A stretch of 64,000 nt of DNA from contig DAOTUQ010000057.1 of NCBI GenBank assembly GCA_034437055.1, forward strand, positions 23,940 through 87,939, given 5' to 3'. A program made the position numbers and the translations under genes. The notes under the pieces are model-generated. The model saw only the letters and a program-made list of their open reading frames with translations, had not been told where the DNA came from and made no database searches. Shown here one piece after another: positions 7,421 through 15,713 of the stretch (its first letter is position 1; every line of letters begins with the position of its first letter). The stretch comes from Anaerolineae bacterium. Its GTDB lineage: Bacteria > Chloroflexota > Anaerolineae > Aggregatilineales > Phototrophicaceae.

Positions 7421-10205
7421 CGCGCAAGTAGGCGCTGCCGCCGATGTTCATCAGCGAATAGCCGATGTACAGCGGCGACTCGACGGCACGCCGTAGTGCC
7501 AGCGTTTCTGCAAACAGCGCATCGGCGCGGTCGAGATCGCCGCGCCGCATAGAGACCTCGCCAATCAACGTCAGCGCCTCCGCCACGTTGAAGCGGTCGT
7601 CTGCCGCGCGGAATAAATCGAGCGCCGCATCCGCTTGCGTCAGTGTATCGTCATACTTGCCCATGTGGAACGCCGCGCGCGCCCATTCGAGATGGAGTTT
7701 GGCACGCGCATCGTCGGGATCGTTCGCTAGTTCGTCGGCGCGCAAGCGCAGGGCGCGCGCGTACAGCATCCCTGCCGCGCGATAATCTTGCGCGGCGGAC
7801 GACACCCCCGCCGCATCGATCAGATAGTGACGTTCGCGTTCGGAATCGTCCGCCGCGCGCCAATGCCCCGCGAGGACGCCCGCCAATTCCCGCAGCCGTC
7901 CGGGATGCACTGCTTCGAGCGCCGCCGCCGCTTGACGATGCAGCACGCGCGCATCGTCGGGCGGCACATCCGTCAACAGCGTCTCGCGCAGTTTATCATG
8001 CGCGAACCGCCATTTGCCTTCAATCGACTCCAAGACGGCGACACTGCCACATTCGACCAACCACGTCTCAATATCGGCGCTGCCCAGATCGATTCCGAAC
8101 GACACGGCAGCGTATGCCAGCGCCTCTGCATCGATCATGCGCCCCATAATCGCCGCCAAACGCAGCAAGCCGCGCGCGGCGGGCAGCACGCGATTCAAGC
8201 GGCGGCGGACGACCTGCTGCACACCGCCCACCAACACGCGCGCTGGCAGCGAGCGTTTGCGCGCGACCTCGCTCAGTCCGCCCGCTTCTTCTGCCAGCGC
8301 GCGCATGACCTCGACCAGAAAGAAGGCGTTGCCTTCCGTTTCGCGCTCCAACAAATCGCGTAAACCCGCTGTCGTCGCACCCTCACCGAGCATTGCCTCG
8401 CTGAGTTTGGCGATCTGCGCTGGCGAAAAGCGCGTCAGCGTGAGCGTGTGCGCGTTGGGCAGGGCGGCGGGCAAATTGGGCGCTTCATCGTCGCGGTAGG
8501 TGGCGACGATCAAAAACGGCAGGGTGCGCGCCGCGCCCGTCAGCGCCTTCAAAACATCGATGCTTTCGCCCGCCCAATGAATATCTTCCAACAGCAGCAC
8601 CGCGACGGGATAGGCATGGTCATCCGCGCGCGTCAACTGCTCGACGCGCTGTGTCAGCGCGCCGATGATGCGGTCGCGCAGCGATTCCGGCGGAGGCGGC
8701 GCATTGAGGCTGCTATCCCATTCGCAGCGCGCGATCAGCGCGTTCAAATCGTCCGCATCGGAGAGGGGCTGCGCGTCGGGTGGGAGGTCGTCGTTCACCA
8801 TAATCAACCGTCGCAGCGGATCGCGCCACATCTGGAACGGCACCCCCGTATTGTCCGTGGCGTTCTCCGCTTGCCCGCGCAGCACGAACGCGCCGCGTAC
8901 CAGCGCACGGATGCGCAGTTCGTCCACCAAGCGCGATTTGCCGATGCCGGATTCGCCGCCGATTAGCCACGCGCTGCCCTTGCCCATGCGCGCCGCTTCT
9001 AACGCATCGGACAGCGCGTCCAATTCGCGGTCGCGCCCGACGAAACGCGCCGCTTGCAAATAGCTTTCGCGCACGGCATCGCTTTCGGCGGGCGGTGGCA
9101 CGCGCGCGGCGGCGCAGAGATCGCGGATCACGCGCTCGGCGTCGTGGTAACGCTCTTTGGGCTGTTTCGCCAGCAATTTGTCGATCACGTCCGTGAGCAG
9201 CGGCGGCGCTGCGTTTGTGAGCCGCTGCTGCGTGGAATCATCCGCCTCGACTGGCGGCAGCGCCTCGATATCGACGGTATCAGCGGGCTGGGTCGGCGCT
9301 TCAACTGCCCATGTCGTGGTGTCGTCCGCGGTGTGCGCGGTAAAATCGACGATGAGATTGGAAAACAGAGCGGTATCATAAATCGACAGCGGCGCGAGAT
9401 CGGGCGGATCGCGCATCACCTGGCGGATGAAAGCGGCAGTTTCGGGCGCCGGAAACGGATGCGCGCCCGCCAACAGTTCATATGCCATCACACCAACGGC
9501 GTACAGATCGCTGGCTTCAGTCGGTGGATTGCCCGCGAGGATTTCGGGTGCCATATACGACAACGTGCCAACCGCGCGTCCGCTTTCGCCATCTGACGCT
9601 TGGCGCGAAATCGCCAAGCCGAAGTCGAGGACTTTGACGGTTGGCGGATCGTCCGGTGACGTGCCGCCCACGACCATCACATTCTCTGGCTTCAAATCGC
9701 GGTGCAGGATGCCGCGTCGATGCAGATAGACCAGCGCGCCAAGCATCTGCACGAGCAGATCGATCTTGTCCGCGAATGCGAACATGCGCCCCGCGTCGAT
9801 CAGCGTGCGCGCATCGTCCAAGAAATCCATCACCAAGTAAGGCAGCGCGGTTTCGGGCGGCACATCCAGCGCGTGGTCGAAGCCGTAATCCAACACACGG
9901 ATGATGTTCGGATGCCGCAGCGATGCCAACGTTTGAAATTCCAGCGCCAGCGCCACGCGCAAGCCCTCACCGCGCCCATCGGTGCGGCGCGTCTCTTCGC
10001 CCATCAGCGAACCGAAGCGCAAATTGGCGGCGTCAGTCGTCAGCCGCTTGAGCGCGACGATCTGCCGTTCAGGCGGGGCGAGCCAATCGCGCGCGCGATA
10101 GACGACGCCCATGCCGCCTGCGCCAATCTGATTCAAGAGCCGATAGCGCCCGCCAATCGAGCGCGTGGGGATCGACGCTGCCGCGTTCGTATCGCGCACG
10201 CTCAT
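7371..10205 (-). CDS. Ser/Thr protein kinase / P-loop NTPase (AAA_16, STAND/LAL-like) / TPR protein
   Basis: Kinase motifs GAGGMGVVY, VALK, HRDLKPENV, DFG and SYMAPE. P-loop GESGIGKSRL, Walker B LLLEDIHW, TEGNAFFLVEV and C-terminal TPRs. Confidence 0.9.
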   Translation of the reverse strand: MSVRDTNAAASIPTRSIGGRYRLLNQIGAGGMGVVYRARDWLAPPERQIVALKRLTTDAANLRFGSLMGEETRRTDGRGEGLRVALALEFQTLASLRHPNIIRVLDYGFDHALDVPPETALPYLVMDFLDDARTLIDAGRMFAFADKIDLLVQMLGALVYLHRRGILHRDLKPENVMVVGGTSPDDPPTVKVLDFGLAISRQASDGESGRAVGTLSYMAPEILAGNPPTEASDLYAVGVMAYELLAGAHPFPAPETAAFIRQVMRDPPDLAPLSIYDTALFSNLIVDFTAHTADDTTTWAVEAPTQPADTVDIEALPPVEADDSTQQRLTNAAPPLLTDVIDKLLAKQPKERYHDAERVIRDLCAAARVPPPAESDAVRESYLQAARFVGRDRELDALSDALEAARMGKGSAWLIGGESGIGKSRLVDELRIRALVRGAFVLRGQAENATDNTGVPFQMWRDPLRRLIMVNDDLPPDAQPLSDADDLNALIARCEWDSSLNAPPPPESLRDRIIGALTQRVEQLTRADDHAYPVAVLLLEDIHWAGESIDVLKALTGAARTLPFLIVATYRDDEAPNLPAALPNAHTLTLTRFSPAQIAKLSEAMLGEGATTAGLRDLLERETEGNAFFLVEVMRALAEEAGGLSEVARKRSLPARVLVGGVQQVVRRRLNRVLPAARGLLRLAAIMGRMIDAEALAYAAVSFGIDLGSADIETWLVECGSVAVLESIEGKWRFAHDKLRETLLTDVPPDDARVLHRQAAAALEAVHPGRLRELAGVLAGHWRAADDSERERHYLIDAAGVSSAAQDYRAAGMLYARALRLRADELANDPDDARAKLHLEWARAAFHMGKYDDTLTQADAALDLFRAADDRFNVAEALTLIGEVSMRRGDLDRADALFAETLALRRAVESPLYIGYSLMNIGGSAYLRGDYVRARRLARSTGFD

Positions 10206-13200
10206 ACAGACAGCGCGCGCAGCGCCGCGAAATCGACCGCCGCTTCATCGACTGGCGCGATGGGCGTCTGATCAGCGTTCATATCAGTCAACAGCAGCCG
10301 GATCAATTCTGTTCGTTCGCGCACGGTTCGCGCCGCCGCGTTCGGATGCGCCGCGCTGCGTTCCAACAGGACGCGGCAGCCGTTCACATCGTCGTTGAGC
10401 AAGCGCAGTCGCGCGAACCCGCTCAACGCCGTCAGCACCATCATCGGTGAACGGACTGTCTGCGCCAATCCAAGCGCTTCCCTGAAGGCAAGGCGCGCGG
10501 TTGCCAGCGGTTGTTCGATGCTGGGCGCGGCTGCCATGTCGGGATACGGCACCGCGCGCCCCACATCGCATTGTGCCAGCGCCAAGAAGCCCGCCGCGAT
10601 GCGCGCCGCTGCCGCTTGACGGGGCGAAGGGAGTGCGCGCGCAAGTGCCGCCGCGTGTTCGGCGTGTGCCAAGCCGATCTCCAAATCGCCGCGCCGTTCT
10701 GCGATGCGCGCGAGGGTGATCAAACTTTCGATGATGCTTTGTTGATCGCCAATCCGCATATTGATGGTCAGCGACTCGTCGGCGTGGTTTTGCGCCGCCC
10801 ACCATTCGCCGCGCGCCAACGCCCATTCCGCCATGCTGACCAACCCTGCCCCGACGCCGCGTTCCAAGCCGATCTCGCGCGCCAGCTCGATTCCGCGCGT
10901 CAAATCAGCGTGCGCCGCGTCCAGATCGCTGGTTTGCAGATGCAGCGCGCCGCGATTGACCTGATTGAAAACCAGTTGATCGCGCAAGTTGTGCGCCGCG
11001 CAGATCGCCTCGCTCTCGCCGTAGTACTGAATCGCGTGCGGCGTGTCCTCGTTCAAATCGTAATACAGGGCGAGATTGCCGAGCGCGACGGCAAGTCCGA
11101 GCGGATAATCTTCTTGGCGGCGGATCTCGACACCCTTGATGAAATAATCGAGCGCCGCCGCACCGTCGCCCTGCTGATCAGCCAGTGCGCCGAGTGCGTT
11201 GTAGCACGACGCCATCTTGGACAGATCGTTGATTGCGGTGAACACAGCGAGACTCTCGCGGATCGTGGCGCTGCTTTCGGCGTAATTGCCCAATGGCTCG
11301 TCCGCGTACCCCTGATACAGATTGATTTGCGCGCGCAAGCGGCGCTGATCGTCGGTATCGGGCGCGGGCAGGCGCGCCAAGACGTCGGCGCACAGCGTCT
11401 TGATTTCGTGATACTTGCCTAAGGTGTGCCAATAATCGACGGTATCGAGCGCGGCGTTCGCCTCCTTCCAAGCGTCGCCTGCCGCGTGCCAATGCTCCAT
11501 TCGGCGCTGTGCATAGGCTTCTTGAGCGGGATACAGCGCCTCCAATCCCACCGCCACGCGCCGATGCAGCGCGGGACGTTCATCCGTCGTGAGATCGGTC
11601 AGTACCGCGTCGCGCAGTTTGTCGTGGCTGAAGCGCCATGCGCCATCGGTGATATCCAAGATGGCGACGTCGGCGCACACGGTCAGCCACGCATCAAGAT
11701 CGACGAGACCGAAATGCCGCATCAGCGCCGCATCGATCTGTCGTCCGGCAACCGCCGCCAATTTGAGCCACGCTTGCGCATCCGCCGGCGCGCGCTCCAA
11801 GCGTCGCCGCAAGATCGCGAACATGCCCGGCGCGTGTCCGCCGTCCGCGAAGATGCTTTCGGACAGCGACACCTGCCCGATGGCGTTCAAACCGCCCGCC
11901 GTCTCTGCCAGCGCGCGAATCGTCTCGATGAGGAAAAAGATATTGCCTTCCGTCTCGCGTTCGAGCAAATCGAGCAGATCGGACGTCAGATGGTTCTCGC
12001 CCAACATCGACGCTGACAACTGCGCGATACCATCCGCTTCCAGCCGCCTTAAGCGCAAGGGCTGCATCGCGTGAAGCATGTCAAAAATATCGGGGCGTTC
12101 GTCATCGCGGAAGGTGGCAACGATCAGCACCGAGAGCGCTTCGCGCTTCAGCACATCGGATAGTTCGCCCAAGACGATGATACTTTCGTCCACCCAATGA
12201 ATATCTTCCATGAAAATCACCAGCGGATGGGCGCGCGGACGCCGACAAATCCCGACCATCGTCTCAGCAAAGCGCACGATATCCGCGCCGATCCCGACTG
12301 ACGGCACATCGGGGACGGGTCGTCCGAGCAGCGCCTCGATATCGGGGACAAGCGTCTTGAGGACACCGGCTTCGGTATCGGTCAAGTCCGCATCGAGCGC
12401 CAGCCGCCGCGCAGGATCGCGCCAGCCGTGAAAGGGCAGTCCCGCCTCCGCGATCAACTGCCCGCGCACGACGGTCGAACCGCTTACGAGGGCGACGGTG
12501 CGCAGTTCATTGATCAAGCGCGATTTGCCAACGCCCGATTCGCCGCCGATCAGCCACGCCGATCCGCGCCCCGATTCCGCTTCATACAGCGCGCGCTTGA
12601 GCGTCCGCATTTCGGATGCGCGTCCAACAAAGGTCGCCGCTTGCAAAAAGCTCTCGCGGATTGTGGTCGGCTCGGACGGCGCGGGGATATGAAGTACAGC
12701 GCACAGCTCGGCAATCGTCTCGTCGGCGCTGGCATAGCGCGCGGTCGGGTCTTTGGCGAGCAGCGTCCCAATCGGGAGCGCAAGCGCGGACGGAAGCACG
12801 TCGAGATCGGGCGCGCGCGTGAGGATCGATTGAGCAAGCTGCTGAAGGTTGCTGTCGTCGAAAATCGGTTTGCCCGCGAACATCTCGTAGGCGATCACAC
12901 CGACGGCGTACAAATCCGACGCCACCGCCGCGCCCGCGCCGCGCAAGATTTCGGGCGACCAATAGCGCGGCGTCCCGGCAATTTCGTCCGCATTGTCGCG
13001 CCCTTCAATCGCCAGCCCGAAATCGAGGACTTTGACGCCCTCGGCGGTTACGAGCGCGTTGCCGGGCTTGAGATCGCGGTGAATGACGCCGCGTCGATGC
13101 AAATAGGCGAGCGCTTGCAGCACTTGGAGGATCAACTCGATCTTGCCGCGCCCATCGCGGCGGACGGCAGCGACGGAGAGCGGTTTCGCGCCTTCCAACA

Positions 13201-13555
13201 GCGTCATCGTGAAGTAAGGCGCGGACTCGGCATCCGACGTATTCGCGTCCTCGAAGCCGTAATCCAATACGCTGATGATGCGTGGGTGGCGCAGCGACGA
13301 TAGGACTTGAAATTCGCGCGCCAACGCCACGCGCATCGCCGTTGCATCGTTCGTCGAATGGGGCGTTTTGGGCGGACGCGAATGAAATGCCAAGTTCTCA
13401 GTGGCGATGTGCAGTCGTTTGAGTGCGACGATCTGCCCCGTCAGCCGATCAGCGACGCGATAGACAGCGCCCATGCCACCCTCGCCCAATTTGTCGATCA
13501 GACGGTACCGCCGTCCGATGATTTCCGGTGTTGCCGCCGCCTGAGTCATGTTCAA
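10202..13555 (-). CDS. Ser/Thr protein kinase / P-loop NTPase / TPR protein (tandem paralogue)
   Basis: It has the same architecture and near-identical motifs: GEGGMGAVY, HRDLKPGN, GESGVGKSRL, FMEDIHW and TEGNIFFLIETIRALAETAGGL. Its stop overlaps the next gene's start (ATGA). Confidence 0.9.
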   Translation of the reverse strand: MNMTQAAATPEIIGRRYRLIDKLGEGGMGAVYRVADRLTGQIVALKRLHIATENLAFHSRPPKTPHSTNDATAMRVALAREFQVLSSLRHPRIISVLDYGFEDANTSDAESAPYFTMTLLEGAKPLSVAAVRRDGRGKIELILQVLQALAYLHRRGVIHRDLKPGNALVTAEGVKVLDFGLAIEGRDNADEIAGTPRYWSPEILRGAGAAVASDLYAVGVIAYEMFAGKPIFDDSNLQQLAQSILTRAPDLDVLPSALALPIGTLLAKDPTARYASADETIAELCAVLHIPAPSEPTTIRESFLQAATFVGRASEMRTLKRALYEAESGRGSAWLIGGESGVGKSRLINELRTVALVSGSTVVRGQLIAEAGLPFHGWRDPARRLALDADLTDTEAGVLKTLVPDIEALLGRPVPDVPSVGIGADIVRFAETMVGICRRPRAHPLVIFMEDIHWVDESIIVLGELSDVLKREALSVLIVATFRDDERPDIFDMLHAMQPLRLRRLEADGIAQLSASMLGENHLTSDLLDLLERETEGNIFFLIETIRALAETAGGLNAIGQVSLSESIFADGGHAPGMFAILRRRLERAPADAQAWLKLAAVAGRQIDAALMRHFGLVDLDAWLTVCADVAILDITDGAWRFSHDKLRDAVLTDLTTDERPALHRRVAVGLEALYPAQEAYAQRRMEHWHAAGDAWKEANAALDTVDYWHTLGKYHEIKTLCADVLARLPAPDTDDQRRLRAQINLYQGYADEPLGNYAESSATIRESLAVFTAINDLSKMASCYNALGALADQQGDGAAALDYFIKGVEIRRQEDYPLGLAVALGNLALYYDLNEDTPHAIQYYGESEAICAAHNLRDQLVFNQVNRGALHLQTSDLDAAHADLTRGIELAREIGLERGVGAGLVSMAEWALARGEWWAAQNHADESLTINMRIGDQQSIIESLITLARIAERRGDLEIGLAHAEHAAALARALPSPRQAAAARIAAGFLALAQCDVGRAVPYPDMAAAPSIEQPLATARLAFREALGLAQTVRSPMMVLTALSGFARLRLLNDDVNGCRVLLERSAAHPNAAARTVRERTELIRLLLTDMNADQTPIAPVDEAAVDFAALRALSV

Positions 13556-13662
13556 TTACTCCCGAACCCGCGCTGATAGCTCGCATCATACGTCCCATCT
13601 TCGCACAGCGTCAAGATGGGGTGATGCGCAATCCGTTTGTCCATGATGATATTGAGTGATGG

Positions 13663-14316
13663 CTATTTCTGGGTGGGCAACCAAGCGGGCAGGTCAAAAA
13701 TCTCGTTCGGCGTCAACGCATCGATGTTGGGAAACAATGCGGATGTATCAATGGGTTGTGCGCCCGTGTAGACGCGGGCAATGATCGTTTCGTCAGGAGC
13801 TTGAAAATACTGGTGTGCCGTTTGGTTGATCGGGTACAACACCCAAACTTGTTCCGTCCCTTTGTCGAGATACGTTTTGACTTTCTCGCTGATCTCGTTC
13901 GCGGTATCGCCGGGCGAGACGACTTCAATCGCCAGATTGGGAACGCCCGGATGCGGCTTGTCCGGCGACCAGTCGGCGGGAATGTTGTTCGCGCGCAGAA
14001 AACCAACGTCGGGAACAAACGAATGCTTCAACCCTTGCCCGACATTGAACATGAGAAAACTGACGTTATCCCCGAAAACAATGCCGTGTTGCGGATGCTT
14101 GCGCATGTATAGACGAAGCGGCGTGCTGACGTTTACGCCGATACTCGCGTGAATCAACCCGCCCCCCATTGGCATGTTCTTCCCCCTGATTTCGCCGTCG
14201 ATGATTTCCAGCGCGACGTCGGATTGGGCTTGCAGCGCCAGATATTCATCCACGGTCAGGAGGCGCTTTTCGATTTGCGCCGCGTCGGGCGCAAGCGTGA
14301 GATCGACCATCGTCAT
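13663..14316 (-). CDS. Uma2 family (DUF820) restriction-endonuclease-like protein
   Basis: LTVDEYLAL...LEIIDGEI...PDVGFL...PNLAIEVVSPGD...KVKTYLDKGTEQVWVLYP. Confidence 0.85.
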   Translation of the reverse strand: MTMVDLTLAPDAAQIEKRLLTVDEYLALQAQSDVALEIIDGEIRGKNMPMGGGLIHASIGVNVSTPLRLYMRKHPQHGIVFGDNVSFLMFNVGQGLKHSFVPDVGFLRANNIPADWSPDKPHPGVPNLAIEVVSPGDTANEISEKVKTYLDKGTEQVWVLYPINQTAHQYFQAPDETIIARVYTGAQPIDTSALFPNIDALTPNEIFDLPAWLPTQK

Positions 14317-15599
14317 TTTCCTTCCTTATCATACGGTTCGCCCGCCGCCTTGGGTCCCACCGCGCGCCCCACCAGCCCCGCCAACACCACAATCGTGATG
14401 AAGTACGGCACCATCTGTAAGAACTGCGGCGGAATGGGTACGCCCAAAAACTGGAATCGCTGTCCGAGCGCGTCCGAGAAGCCGAACAGCAGCCCGCCGC
14501 CGAACGCGCCGAACGGCATCCACTTGCCAAAAATCATGGCGGCGAGCGCGATAAAACCGCGTCCGCTGGTCATGTTGTCGTCGAAGCTGCCGCTGGTTTC
14601 CATCGAGAACCACGCGCCCGCCAACCCGGCGATCAAGCCGCCGATGAATACATTCGTCCAGCGGTTGCGGTTGACGTTGATGCCCAACGTGTCCGCCGCC
14701 TTCGGATTTTCTCCGACGGCGCGCGTCCGCAAGCCCCAGCGCGTGTAGAACAGGATGATGTGCGTGGCGAATAGGATGACGAACATCGCGTAGAAAATTG
14801 GGCGTCCATTGAAGAAAATATCGCCCACGATAGGGATTTGGGATAAGACCGGAATCGCCAGCGGTTGCAGCGTCTCGCGCGCCGCTTCGCTCGACAACAG
14901 CACATCGCGGCGGATGAAGCTGGTCACGCCAATCGCCAAGATGTTGATCACCGTGCCGCTGACGACCTGATTGGTCTTGAACGTGATCGACAGCCAGCCG
15001 TGCAACAGCGCCATCGCGCCGCCCGTCAGCGTGGCGAAGATCACGCCGAGCAACTGCGCTTCGCTCGTCGGCATGATCGCCAAGAACAGCGTGAACGCCG
15101 TGAAGCCGAAGCACGCGCCCGACAACATCATGCCTTCGATGGCGATGTTGGTCACGCCGGAGCGTTCGCACCAGATGCCCGCCAGCGCGCCCATCACAAT
15201 CGGCGTCGAAAGGCGCAAGCTCACTTGCAGCATGACCGTCACGTTGATGCTGTTATTCGCCGCCGCGACGATCAACAGCGCCGGCACGAGCAAGATCAGC
15301 GCGATGCCAACGCCAATCGACTGGGCGCGCTTGAGCGTCGGCACGGGCAGCAAGCCGACGACGCCGACGATCACGTACAGCGCACCGACGACCAGCGTGA
15401 AATTGAACGTGCCGACGACGATTACGGGCAAGTCTGCGCCGAATGTCAATGTCGTGAGCGTCGCTGGCGTCAGCCCGCCCATGCTGGAGAACAGCATCAC
15501 GGCAGCGAGCAAGAAAAAGACGGCGAAAATGCCCATGCGCGTGACTTTGAACATGGGGCGCTCCGACAGGGCGGGCGCGGACATTGTGATTGCAGTCAT
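14313..15599 (-). CDS. ABC transporter permease, BMP/nucleoside-sugar family (YufQ/NupQ-like)
   Basis: Polytopic membrane protein of the branched ribose/nucleoside permease type. It lies in an operon with a two-domain ATPase. A GGAG RBS lies 8 nt upstream. Confidence 0.85.
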   Translation of the reverse strand: MTAITMSAPALSERPMFKVTRMGIFAVFFLLAAVMLFSSMGGLTPATLTTLTFGADLPVIVVGTFNFTLVVGALYVIVGVVGLLPVPTLKRAQSIGVGIALILLVPALLIVAAANNSINVTVMLQVSLRLSTPIVMGALAGIWCERSGVTNIAIEGMMLSGACFGFTAFTLFLAIMPTSEAQLLGVIFATLTGGAMALLHGWLSITFKTNQVVSGTVINILAIGVTSFIRRDVLLSSEAARETLQPLAIPVLSQIPIVGDIFFNGRPIFYAMFVILFATHIILFYTRWGLRTRAVGENPKAADTLGINVNRNRWTNVFIGGLIAGLAGAWFSMETSGSFDDNMTSGRGFIALAAMIFGKWMPFGAFGGGLLFGFSDALGQRFQFLGVPIPPQFLQMVPYFITIVVLAGLVGRAVGPKAAGEPYDKEGK

Positions 15600-15616
15600 G
15601 TCAACTCCAGTGGTGA

Positions 15617-15705
15617 GGGCTGCGGACTGCGGGCTGAGTCAAAAGCAGATGCAACTGGCTGAACAGCGGCACCCGCTTTTTGACTCAGCCCGCAGCCCGC
15701 AGCCC
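15617..15705. repeat. Intercistronic hairpin element with arms of about 30 bp
   Basis: GGGCTGCGGACTGCGGGCTGAGTCAAAAGC (15617-15646) matches the reverse complement of 15675-15705 with 1 mismatch and 1 indel. The loop is about 28 nt. It sits between the two permease cistrons. Confidence 0.85.
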
Positions 15706-15713
15706 TTCTCTTC

